From positions 124,001 to 188,000 of the forward strand of contig AP026156.1 in the NCBI GenBank assembly GCA_030295235.1: a stretch of DNA of 64,000 nt. The letters run 5' to 3'. A program made the translations under genes and the position numbers. Below, one piece after another: positions 50,069 through 61,381 of the stretch. Source of the DNA: Fistulifera solaris. Lineage: Eukaryota. The notes beneath the pieces are model-generated. The model searched no databases. It was not told the origin of the DNA and was given only the letters and a program-made list of their open reading frames with translations. Numbering within the stretch: position 1 is the first letter of the stretch; every line of letters starts with the position of its first letter.

Positions 50069-50785
50069 ATGATTCTCGAACGAAGCTTATTCAAACAAAA
50101 ACTATCTTGTTCGCAAGGTAGCTTGCATTCGGCATTGTCGCGCCACATATCTGCGGTGGGCAATCCTTACGCATACAATAACATCATGATGGCGACTTCC
50201 CGCAGTCTCTTGAACGAGTCTTGCGACGAGATGATGGAACCGCTTCCTATCGGCTCACCCACTTGTTTGGATACGCTCAGCGCTGTGAATCCCTCCGTAT
50301 TTGAGGAGGATTTCCTGCAGCTTCTGGAACCCACGCCTCTTTCGGAAGAAACGTGTTCACGGCTCAAGGAGGTAGCCAAATCAATCCCTGACGACGACAA
50401 AGAGGAAGAGTCATTCGTCATACAAGAAGACACCGATGGACCTCAATTGCACGATGTTGTTTGTTCTCGCGCCAAAGTGTATTACCAAATGCCCGGTTGT
50501 CAACGATTCCGACAAATAATAAAGGCGGCGATTCCAGCCTACCGGCAGGCCGACACGCGACTCGACAAGTCTTCGGTGATTGCGGCGACCATGGATCAAG
50601 CCATGCATCATCCCACCCTGGGTCGTATACGCTTTTGGAAGTACGAAAGCCGCCGCAAGCGGTGGGTGACGTTGGGCAGTGATCAAATTCGTGACAAGGT
50701 CGGCCACGCGCTCCGCGAATTGATTCAAGAAACGATTCGCACGCAACGCAGTCCTTCGATGATGATTCGGCCCGTCGTAAAATGA
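50069..50785 (+). CDS. DUF6824-domain protein (diatom-expanded family)
   Basis: 'HDVVCSRAK...PGCQRFRQII...Y...RLDKSSVI...RF...W...IRDKVGHALR'. Confidence 0.75.
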   Translation: MILERSLFKQKLSCSQGSLHSALSRHISAVGNPYAYNNIMMATSRSLLNESCDEMMEPLPIGSPTCLDTLSAVNPSVFEEDFLQLLEPTPLSEETCSRLKEVAKSIPDDDKEEESFVIQEDTDGPQLHDVVCSRAKVYYQMPGCQRFRQIIKAAIPAYRQADTRLDKSSVIAATMDQAMHHPTLGRIRFWKYESRRKRWVTLGSDQIRDKVGHALRELIQETIRTQRSPSMMIRPVVK

Positions 50786-51280
50786 AGTCCGTAAGATTCC
50801 ACTATAATCTTTTTGTTTATTATTTATCTTAATTCATTATTACTTCGTTTTTACCGAGCTAAGTGAATAGATCATCATGTTCGGGAAGATGCTTCATCAT
50901 TCCAAACACCTCATGACACTTTCACTCGCGTCAAAAGTTGACAATAACCACGCCATAATGACCTTCCGGAGTTTTTTCGGAAAAAGGACGAGAAGAAGCC
51001 CAAGGTGTGTCTCGAAGAAAGTGTGGAGACGTGTCATCAATGACGTCGTTTTCAATGTCGCATCCGTTTTGCGCCGTCCGTCCATCATCCTTTTACGTCT
51101 GGCCGTTGGCTCACTTATCCCAAGAGAAAAAAGAGCGGCTCTCGTTGAAAAACAACAAACGACGACAATGGAGAAAGCATTCACAAGTCTCTCTAATTAT
51201 TCATTGTGTAGCCTTTGCGTTTCCTTGTTGTATTTGAATCATACTTGATCTTTCTCGTTGCCTTGAAAAACTACGAAACA

Positions 51281-53991
51281 ATGACAACAGCCGTTGATTT
51301 CGAAGCATTGAAAGTGACAATTCACAATCTCGGTGAAAGAGTCAAGGAACTCAAAACCAGTGCGGCCGACAAGACGGAAATCGACCAGGCCGTGCAAGCG
51401 TTGTTGACCGCCAAAAGGATTACGCCCAGCAGAACAACGGGATTGGTGTCGATGGGAAACCCTTTCAGGAGCCCTTGAGTAAAGCGGAAAAAAAGGCGCA
51501 AGCGAAAGCGGCCAAGCAGACTACCGCAACCGAACCGGCTTCTGCAGCGGTTGCGGCAGATCCGGAAAAGAAAGCGGCGAAAAAGGCGGCCAACAAAGGT
51601 ATGTAGAGTCGATTTGTTTCTTCTGACACGAAAGCTGTAGCTAAAGGTGTCTTGTTCCTTTTTTTCTCTCGTTACTCTCCTGCAGCCGCCAAGGAAGCCT
51701 TCAAACAGAATCCCAACACGATTCCTGCCGCCAAGACCGTTGTTGCGCCCGCCACATCCACCGTCGACCCGTATCACATTCTCATCAATCCCAATGCCCC
51801 CTTCATGGAACGGCCCGTCATTACTCTTTCGGTTGCTGTCTTGTTGGATGTTGCGTTGGATTTTACCATTGTGGCGGATCCCAAATGTCGTCACACCTGT
51901 TTGGGGTTGCCCTCCAATCAATCCGTGACCGGTGATTTGGCCATGGCGCGGGCCGTCTTGCGGATGTATGCGAATCAGTCTTTGTACAACAATACGGCGG
52001 CCATGGATTCGTGGATTGATTACGCCCAATCGTTGCAGCGTTTGCCGGAAGCCCAACGGTTGAATGCGATTGTTTTGTCGCTTGAAAAGGCGCTGGAGCA
52101 TTCGACCTTTGTGGTCGGTCACACCCTGTCGTTGGCGGATTTGGTACTGTTTCAAGCGGCCGGATTTCCCACGCAGACCCTACCGGTACTTCCTGCGGAG
52201 GCGGTGAACGCCCAACGCTGGTTCCGGACCATGGCACTCCATCCCGCCTTAAGACAGGCGACGCAACTGTGCACGGGCGTGGCCAAAGTGGAAGCGGCGT
52301 TTTCAGTGCCGATGGATCCTTTGGTTTCGGGCATGGCACCCTTGGAAGGTGCCGTGGTGGGACAAGTGGTGACACGATTTCCACCGGAACCCTCGGGCTA
52401 CTTGCACATTGGACACGCCAAGGCGGTGCTATTGAATGATTATTATGCTCGTCGTTACAAGGGACGATTGATTGTACGATTCGATGATACGAATCCCTCC
52501 AAAGAAAAAGAGGAGTATCAGGAGTCCATTGTGGAAGATTTGGCGAAGTTGGGTGTCAAGCCCGACGTTGTTTCGTATACGTCCGATTATTTCCCCACGA
52601 TTCAGCAAGCGGCGATTGAATTGATTCAAAAAGGACTGGCGTATATGGACGATACACCGCAGGAGCAGATGAAGGCGGAGCGGGCGGAACGGCAAGAATC
52701 CAAACATCGCAATCAAAGCGTCGAAGATGCCATGAAATATTTCGAAATGATGTGCAGTGGCAGTGAAGAAGGATCCACTTGGTGTCTGCGGGCCAAGATT
52801 GACATGTCCAGCGACAATGGAACTTTGCGAGATCCGGTAATTTATCGACAGAATCTCGAACCGCATCATCGTTGTGGTACCAAGTACTTTGCGTATCCAA
52901 CGTATGATTTGGCGTGTCCAATTGTGGATTGTAAGTGCTCGCGAGAAAAGATTGTACCGTTCTAGATTTGGTTATGCGTACGCACTGACTCCTCTTTTTC
53001 TTTTTTTCTTGTAGCGCTCGAGGGTGTTTCTCACGCACTCCGCACTACGGAATACAATGATCGAGATGAGCAGTACAAGTGGCTTCAGAAAGCTTTAAAT
53101 CTACGACGCGTTCGCATTCACGCCTTTTCGCGTGTCAATTTCAAGTACACGCTGCTGAGCAAGCGTAAATTGACTTGGTTTGTCGAAAGTGGAGTTGTAA
53201 CTGGCTGGGGAGATGCTCGAATGCCGACGATTCGCGGTGTTATCCGTCGGGGTGTGAACGTGCAAAGTCTGAAAAAGTTCATCTATTCACAAGGCGCTTC
53301 TCGTAATGTTGTACTAATGGATTGGATGGCATTCTTTGCGGAAAACAAGATTGAGTTGGACAAGACGGCCAGACGCTTCATGGCCGTGGACAAAGAGAGC
53401 AACGTAACATTAACCGTGACGAATGGCCCTTCGGCTGAGGAACATGTTTACGTGCAAACACCGAATCATCCGAAGGATGCCAGTCTCGGAACACGTGCGA
53501 TTCGTACCTGCAAGCAAGTGCTTTTGGAAAGCGTTGATGTCGAAGGTATTGAAGTCGGAGAGAGTATTGTCCTGATGCGATGGGGCGTGGTAAAAATCAC
53601 CAAGGTTGATGGAACCGTGCTGGAAGGAGAGTATGATCCAGATGGAGATTTCAAGGCAGCCAAACGCAAGCTTTCATGGATGGCAGACGTTTCGGGTAAC
53701 ACCCCGGCAATTCTGACGGAGTTTGATCATTTAGTGACCAAGGACAAATTGGATGAAGAAGATGATTGGAAAGCATTTGTCAATCAGAACACAATGGCTA
53801 CGACGGAAGTGATTGGGGACGCTGGTTTGAAGACGTTGCAAGAACACGATGTCATTCAGTTGGAGCGTCGTGGTTTTTATCGCGTAGACCGTCCTTATAT
53901 CAATAGTGACAAACCAATGGTACTCTACATGATCCCCGAAGGCAAAAAGAAATCCATGTCGGGCATGCAAGGAAAATTGGCACATCATTAA
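51281..53991 (+). CDS. Cytosolic glutamyl-tRNA synthetase with N-terminal WHEP and GST-C-like domains; introns 51599-51685 and 52931-53014; missing A near 51416
   Basis: WHEP 'GERVKELK...AVQALLTAK'; 'TRFPPEPSGYLHIGH'; 'RFDDTNP'; 'LLSKRKL'; 'QLERRGFYRVD'. Confidence 0.95.
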
Positions 53992-54043
53992 CTGACTCTA
54001 GTATACTTCTAATTTATTAAAAAAGTTGAATGCAGTTCATCCC

Positions 54044-56186
54044 CTACCAGCCGTCTGCGCTTTCATCGACCGCACCGCTGCCTAGCGCAAAGACATGAAT
54101 TTTATCTTTCTCAAAGCTTGGTACGTATAGTTTTGCATAACCCGTGTCTTGAGGAGAAGAAGTGAAATCGTCATAACCGATTGCAATACTACCAACGGTT
54201 GCTCCGCATTCAATCTCCATCATGAGCTTGTAGGAAGAACTGGAATCTTCATTATCGGTGGTTGATGTCTCGTCAGGACGAAACACAAAGGCCGATTCGG
54301 CACAATCGCCCGCAACTGCAATCAACGGCCGTTTCTTCCCTCGGTCGTCTTTGTGAGCATAAAAGGTATAGACAAATCCGGGTGCGCCAGGATTCACCAT
54401 ATTTCCCAGTTTCCCCTTGACTTTGAACCCCGTAGCTACCGTCGTACGCACCCAATGCTCTGTTTTCCACGCATCGGCCGGACCATTCGGAACACGATAC
54501 GCAAATAAAGATCCGCCTTCTAATGGCTGATATTTGCTTTGGGAGGCATCTTCGTTTGTACCGGGGTCATACGAGCATTCATGACTGGTCACGAGCAAAT
54601 GAGAGAAATGATCCCCCTGTTCCAATGTTTGGACAGTACTCCCCGAGTCCACAACGACGTGTTGCGCTGCCGAGGTAACATCCAAGTCCGCCAAAATGGA
54701 CCCAAAGGCCGCACCACAATTCCCATCAATGTCACGAGAAAAAAACAACTTTGGGGGAAGGACCTCGTCGGATCGAGTGCAATGAGACTTTGCCCGGAAA
54801 GAATTGGGACGATAAGACTTCAATAGTATCATCCATAGGATCCATGTCGGCGACACAGAACATAACATCGGGTCCCGAGGCCAGTACATGGGCCTTCCAC
54901 GGTAGATGCTTCGGATCGAGTGGATCAAAGACCGTCCCATCGTGATCCAAAGGTGTCCCCGTGGTAGGATCCCTCTTCGCCGGTGCTGGACATTCCAACC
55001 AAATCAATTCTCCCGTCTTTTGAATTCCCGACATGATGTTCAAATCGGCATTTAACGATGTCGAAACTTGACAACGTGCGGTCAACAGTGATTGGCGTCC
55101 ATCTCCCGTCAAATCCACCCATACGGCCCTATGATAGAACCAACGATCGTTGGTCGTATCTAATATTGGCTGCTGCTGTTGCGGTTGCACTCGCGACAAA
55201 GGCAAACGTCCAAAATACCGTTTGGATGAGGTCAACGGCCAATTGCGGGTGGTGGTAGCACCGGTCAACGATACAGTCCATTCTCGATGCTTCTGACCGG
55301 GAAACTTTACCACATACAATCCACCCCGATCTTTGCCGGGCACCAGAAATCCATCGCACACTAACAGCGCGTCTTTGTGGAACGGCACGGTTTGAACTTC
55401 ATTCGGCCATAACATAGTTCGTGCCGTTGGGTCAGTGACCGAAGACAATTCGGTCGTGGCACAATCCATGCAGCGCACAATCCCTTTGCGTCCCGCCAAC
55501 GAAAAGCCCGTCATCCACAATCGATCTTGTGTACTAGTCATAGTGTCGTCGCTAGTCAAATACCGCGACTCCTGCATTGTTTGCGGTACAATTTGCAAAT
55601 ACCCGGGCCGTTCCGTCTTGATTTCGGCCAACAATTCCACGCGCGTCATGTCTCGTCGTTCTGTCACAGTATACCATTGCCATTGATCCAACGACGCCAA
55701 ACTACGACTCGCAATGGTCCCATTCACGTAAACGGTCGTTGTACTACTCAACCATTGTCGGGTCGGTGTTTCCTGTAAAGTAATGCGGAGAGGATATTTG
55801 CCCGTAATCAAAAAGCCTTGTCGACTGTGCGTGCGACTGAGAATCGATTGATGGAATTTCGACAAACCGTCCAGTGATGATGATAGTAATGAAGTAGTAG
55901 TTGATTGCTTAGATGTTGCTGGAACTGCAATAGATGTTAGTGTGGTAGCACTTTTGGTTATTGTCAAAGAAGAAGTAACGTTTTGTGTTACATAAGACGA
56001 AGAAGAAGTCTCTAACACGGAAGTCGGGGATTGTTGAGCGACGTGCTGTCGTATTGCATGTCTTACTGATTGCGGAGAATGAAGAAAGGATTGCGAATAA
56101 AGGAAAAACTGGTTCCAGAACAGCAGTGTCAGCGTCGTTATTCGGAAAGGACGAGAGAAAGGTAGTTTTCGTTTTCTTGTTGTCAT
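54044..56186 (-). CDS. FG-GAP/VCBS-like beta-propeller protein with N-terminal targeting peptide; extra T near 54743
   Basis: 'DGFLVPGK', 'WFYHRAVWVDLTGDG', 'GELIWLECP', 'GPDVMFCVADMD', 'GAPG'; hydrophobic 'LTLLFWNQFFLYSQSF'. Confidence 0.65.
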
Positions 56187-56449
56187 AGTATTCAAGTTTG
56201 TGGAGTTTCTACCGCACAACATATACAATTTCTCTAGGATTTCTTTTTAAGCAATTGTCAAGGGCGAGAGAATTCCTCTTATAACTATCGTCCTCTCTTC
56301 GTTGTGTTATGTTGTTGATGTTGTTGGCTGCTTGAAGTTTTGTTTTCTTGTTGCGTGAAAAGGAACGCGAAATTGTTGTTCGCCGGTACGACTCTTACAG
56401 TCTATCAAATTTATTGTGAAATACTCATACATAGACAGCTAAATATTTT

Positions 56450-56614
56450 CCTATGATGACGTAGGTACAATAACAAGCCTTAGGCACAAGACTCCCAAGT
56501 CGCGAGTCACGACCTAAGGAGTGAATAGCGTCTCCTCTTCGGAGGGTAAGTTGGTTTTAGTAACGTCTCCATGCAAGGAATGAAGGATCCGATGAATGGC
56601 CTTTCATCATTCCT
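56450..56614. other. Run of four potential hairpins, one with a cUUCGg tetraloop on the + strand; candidate structured RNA
   Basis: Stems 56450-56465, 56478-56519, 56534-56545 (CCTC-TTCG-GAGG) and 56576-56614. Confidence 0.3.
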
Positions 56615-56620
56615 CTTTCA

Positions 56621-57789
56621 TCAAAAGTCCGCTTGAAAGTTCAAGCTACTGCCATGACTACTACTCGGACTACTCCGTGAGGATTCGGCGACATTGGCCA
56701 TGACACCACTCTTTTGGTATTCCCCGACTCGTTTTTCAAAAAAGTTCGTCTTTCCCTCCAAACTGATCATATCCATCCAATCGAATGGATTGCGCGATCC
56801 AAACAAGGGTCGGTATCCCAAATCATGCAACAACCGATCGGCCACAAATTCAATGTACTGCGACATGAGACTGGCGTTCATGCCAATCAAACTCACGGGC
56901 AAGGCCTCGCACACGAAGCCTTTTTCGACTTCGACGGCTTCGGCAATCACGGCATGAATGTCGCGTTCCGACAATTTGCGTTCCAACTTTTGGTACAGCT
57001 GGCAGGCAAACGAACAGTGCAATCCTTCATCACGACTAATGAGTTCATTGCTGAACGTCAATCCGGGCATGAGTCCCCGTTTCTTGAGCCAAAAATGGCA
57101 CAAAAGGCGCCCGAAAAGAAGATGCCTTCCACGGCCGCAAAGGCCACCAATCGCTCCGCAAAGGACGCTTCCGAACCAATGTATCGTTGCGCCCACGCGG
57201 CTTTCCGACGGACACTGGGGACTTTCGTATGCGCCGCAAAGAGGACTTGTCGATCGGAGGGATTGGTAATGTACGTATCAATCAACAGACAGTAGGTTTC
57301 TTGATGAATGCTTTCCATGGCCATTTGGAATCCATAAAAACAACGCGCTTCCGGAACCGTCACTTCCCGACAAAAGCGTTCCGCCAAATTTTCTACCACA
57401 ATCCCATCGGCGCCGGCAAAGAAGGCCAAGACCATACTGATGAAATGTCGTTCGGACGTGGTCAACGACTGCCAATCGGTGACATCTTGACTGAGATCAA
57501 TTTCGTCGGCCGTCCAAAAGGAAGCCACGTGTTGCTTGTACATGTTCCACAGGTCGGCGTGTTGAATGGGAAACAAAGAGAAGCGGGAATCATCGTCCGT
57601 GCGACAAATGGGTTCGACAAAGTCCATCTTGGTGGATCCGCCGCGTGGTTCTGAAGCACCTCCGCGGAAGAAGAGGGATCTTGCTATTCTTCTTCGATGA
57701 GAGAAGGATCGATGCGGTCGAAAAAAGGCTGTGACATGTGATAGCAGTAATAATAACCAAATACAAACAACGTATTTTGAAGAAATCAT
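56621..57789 (-). CDS. RNR2: Ribonucleotide reductase small (R2) subunit with bipartite-type presequence; missing T near 57092
   Basis: '[13 protein letters not shown]', 'MESIHQETY', 'VEGIFFSG', 'RDEGLH', '[14 protein letters not shown]', C-terminal 'FQADF'. Confidence 0.95.
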
Positions 57790-58090
57790 GATGATTGTAT
57801 TGTTGAATGGATGTGTGTGTGGATGATTTTATACAAGAAGAAGCCAATGAAACGAACGAATGGGATGCTCGTCGTCGTGTATAGCTGAATAGCAAGCCTT
57901 AGCAATCTCCTTTTTCGTAAGAAAAAAGATAATGAAGTGAAAGTTGGCGTTATTCCAAAAAATTGATGGATCGGAAGAAAGGAAAGAAGTTGTCACCTTG
58001 CCAGCTAATCAGCATCATCGGCGATGGTGGTGCATGCGCCTGGTTGGCTTATTTTTGTTCCGCGAAGTATGGAGGGTTATTGGTGTCGGC

Positions 58091-58118
58091 AGACAGACAG
58101 ACAGACAGACAGACAGAC
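58091..58118. repeat. (AGAC)7 microsatellite
   Basis: Direct reading; lies in the divergent RNR2/PP5 intergenic region. Confidence 0.95.
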
Positions 58119-58396
58119 GCGCAAAGGACCGCCGTTTGTTGTTTCGTGGTGGAGGGCGGTGAGCGACGCGTGACGCGCGATTGCCGCGCGAGTTTGTTCC
58201 GTCCGTCCATCCTCAGCCCGTCCGTCGCTCAGGGAATTTCGGATGACACACAAAAGCACGCTGCACAAGAAAACGGAAGCAATAAAGCATCACAAAATTC
58301 ACTCAAGTCTGTTTGTTCATTCTTTATTGTTGAATTGATAACATTCGCTTGGAAAATCACTTGATTTCTGCATTTAAAGAATTGCATACTTGATAA

Positions 58397-59989
58397 ATGA
58401 CGGCTACCGACGAGACGCCTTCGATGACGGAAACGGACGATTCCGAAGACGAAGTCTTTGTGTCACACGATGATATTCCTCCGGATCATTTGATTATAGA
58501 TCGTTCGCAAGAACCCCATGCGGCGGAACTCGCTGTCAAACACAAAGATCAAGGCAATCTGTATTTGCAACAAGGACGTTTTGTACCCGCCGTCGATGAA
58601 TATTCGTCCGGACTCGAATATGCTCCGCAACACGCCGTCTTGTTGAGCAATCGGGCGTTGGCGTATATCAAGTTGGAAAACTATGGGTTGGCGTTACAAG
58701 ATGCCGATCATGCGATTGCATCGGATCCAACGTACGCGAAAGCTTATTATCGACGGGCGTCCGCCAATTTTGCCTTGCATCATTTTAAATTGGCTCGCAA
58801 AGATTTCAAGACGGTCGTCAAACTCAAACCGAAAGACAAGGATGGGAAAGCGAAATTGGCGGCCGTCGAAAAAGCCATCCGTGAAGAAGCCTTTGCGAAA
58901 GCCATTGAAGCCGAACAAACGGCACCGCTCAGTGTCACCTTTCCTGTCGATGCCATTGAGGTACCTGCCACTTATAATGGTCCGCATCCGAATGGAGGAT
59001 CGTTTCAACCCGATCAAGAGGCGGCCTTGTTTGAAGCACCGGGACAATTGCCACAAGAATTTGTCTTGGCGGCCATGGAATATTTCAAACAACAACAATT
59101 GATTCACAAACGATACGTGGCACGATTGCTCATGGCGTGTGCAACTTATTATGCCAAGGAACCGACGTTGATGCGGATTCGGTTGCCTTCGGCGGATGCC
59201 CGCCTCACCGTATGTGGCGATACCCACGGACAATATTACGATGTCTTGAATATATTTGAACTCAATGGCATGCCTTCGAAAGAGAATCCCTACTTGTTCA
59301 ATGGCGATTTTGTGGATCGTGGTTCGTTCAGTGTCGAAGTCATTCTGACCCTACTGTTGTGGAAAATGCACGATCCGGCCTGTATTTATTTGACACGGGG
59401 CAATCACGAAACCAAGAATATGAACAAGATTTATGGATTTGAAGGGGAAGTCAAGGCCAAGTATGATGACAAGATATTTCAACTCTTTCTGGAAGTCTTC
59501 TCGTGGTTGCCACTGGCGGCGGTCATTGAAGATCAAGTGTTTGTCACACACGGAGGCATTCCCGTCGATGAAACTGTCATGCTGGAGGACATTTCTAATA
59601 CCAAGCGCGGAATGGAACCACCGGAATCGGGGATCATGAGTGACTTGTTGTGGAGTGATCCACAACCGTTCCCGGGGAAATCACCCTCCAAGCGGGGTGT
59701 TGGATTCGCGTTTGGTCCCGATGTTGCGCAAGCCTTTTTACAGCGGAATCATTTGAAATTCATCATCCGTTCTCACGAAGTGAAAGAGGAAGGGTACTTG
59801 GTCGAACATGACGGCAAGACGATTACCGTGTTTAGTGCACCCAATTATTGCGATAGCATGGGCAACAAAGGTGCCTTTATTCACTTGGATGCCAGCATGG
59901 AACCCCGATTCACGAAATTTGAAGCAGTGCCGCACCCGAATGTGAAGCCCATGGCGTATGCTGCCGGTATGGGTGGGTTGTTTGCCTAG
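58397..59989 (+). CDS. PPP5C: Serine/threonine protein phosphatase 5 (TPR + PPP)
   Basis: Three TPRs, 'GDTHGQ', 'GDFVDRG', 'RGNHE', 'SAPNYCD', C-terminal 'HPNVKPMAYA'. Confidence 0.96.
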   Translation: MTATDETPSMTETDDSEDEVFVSHDDIPPDHLIIDRSQEPHAAELAVKHKDQGNLYLQQGRFVPAVDEYSSGLEYAPQHAVLLSNRALAYIKLENYGLALQDADHAIASDPTYAKAYYRRASANFALHHFKLARKDFKTVVKLKPKDKDGKAKLAAVEKAIREEAFAKAIEAEQTAPLSVTFPVDAIEVPATYNGPHPNGGSFQPDQEAALFEAPGQLPQEFVLAAMEYFKQQQLIHKRYVARLLMACATYYAKEPTLMRIRLPSADARLTVCGDTHGQYYDVLNIFELNGMPSKENPYLFNGDFVDRGSFSVEVILTLLLWKMHDPACIYLTRGNHETKNMNKIYGFEGEVKAKYDDKIFQLFLEVFSWLPLAAVIEDQVFVTHGGIPVDETVMLEDISNTKRGMEPPESGIMSDLLWSDPQPFPGKSPSKRGVGFAFGPDVAQAFLQRNHLKFIIRSHEVKEEGYLVEHDGKTITVFSAPNYCDSMGNKGAFIHLDASMEPRFTKFEAVPHPNVKPMAYAAGMGGLFA

Positions 59990-60205
59990 AGCCTGCTGAA
60001 TACGAATTCATCGTGGGACACGAATGGCCGTAGCAAAAGTTAAAACGAATAGCAAGAATACCAATTATCAAAGAATTTGGTGTTAGGCCTCTTGATTTCG
60101 ACCTCAGCAACATATAAGAACAATACCGACGATGATACAAGTAATGTTATCGTCGCGCAAGAGTGAGGATCCTATGTTTAGTTTGTTTATTAAATCGCAA
60201 TAAAT

Positions 60206-60842
60206 CTAACGATACGATTTTTGGAAACGAGCACGAGCGGATCGACCACCGTACTTTTTCGGTTCGCATCGACGAGGATCACTGACCAACAAGTTTCGGT
60301 CATAATCCAACAAAGTCTGACGCAAAGCACACTTCGATTGTTCATCGACATACTTGGCGTGATAAGCGACCACCGACTTGGCAATGGCTTGACGGATGGC
60401 GTAAATTTGGGCCGTGATACCACCACCCTTCACTCGGATGCGGATATCGAGATTGCTGAACTTATCCTGTCCGACCACGAGAACTGGTTCGAATACCTTC
60501 AAGCGGAGTCCAGCGGGTTCGATCAATTCGATGGGTTGACCATTGACTTTGATCAATCCGCGGCCCTGTTTGGCGAAAGCGACGGCCGTGGCGGTCTTTT
60601 TTCTGTAAAAATAGTAAAGAAAGAGAATGATTCATCAGTGACTTCGTAATTCAAAAGGAAAGGAAAGGAAAGCGGCATAGACAGTAAATAGATCAAGAGC
60701 GATGCATCGCATGATTACCGAGATACATTTTTATTCCGGTTTGTTTGCTTCAATTGCCGACATGCTACTATAATTTCTCTTTCATCTAATAAATAACTTA
60801 CTTTCCAAATACTTGAACGGATTGTGATGTAGAAGCAGTCAT
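60206..60842 (-). CDS. RPS16: 40S ribosomal protein S16 (uS9); intron 60603-60801
   Basis: '[14 protein letters not shown]', 'RVKGGG', '[22 protein letters not shown]'. Confidence 0.97.
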
Positions 60843-61381
60843 TGTCAAGTTATTTATTACAATATTCAAAAGCAACACAACAACGAGTGCGATGGCAGTC
60901 GAAACTTTTTCGCGGTGTGTTTGTCGTCGTTTTCGGTTTAGTAAGGCGGTAAAGCAGACGAACTCGCCGTACAGTAGTGCAGACGGTGGAATGGACCAGC
61001 AGAGACGTAGCGGTACTCAGACAGTACCACGCGGTTTCCGATTGATAATTCGATCTTGTTTCGGTCGTGCGAGCTCTGTCGTATCGAAACTCAATTAAGG
61101 TCTCGAATGCATTCGTTTTAACTTCGTCTATTCTTGTTCAGTCAGCTGATCAAGCCAATGGGATAACCTTCATGATCGTTCTTTTGTTAAAAGCCACGGT
61201 GCTCCTTCCTTTGCATCATCTTCGTTGTATACTTGTTAACAAAAGTCGCGCAATTTTATATCATCGAAAACAGGCAACAAGAGGTCTAGTCACAATTAAC
61301 TATGTTTACAGGAGTCTTATCATCTCACCAGATAAATACCTTCTTTCCAAAGAATTCAAGTTTTGTTTAAAGCTCTTGAAT

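Noticed and set aside
56400..56555. U1 snRNA-like pieces on the minus strand (ACTTACC, ATTGTAC, AAATTTG)
   Set aside because: It lacks the ACUUACCUG context and the loop I GAUCACGAAG, and the stem layout does not fit U1.
7893..57789. Programmed ribosomal frameshifting as the explanation of the broken ORFs
   Set aside because: The shifts go in both directions and occur at A, C, G and T runs with no shared slippery motif; sequencing error is more parsimonious.
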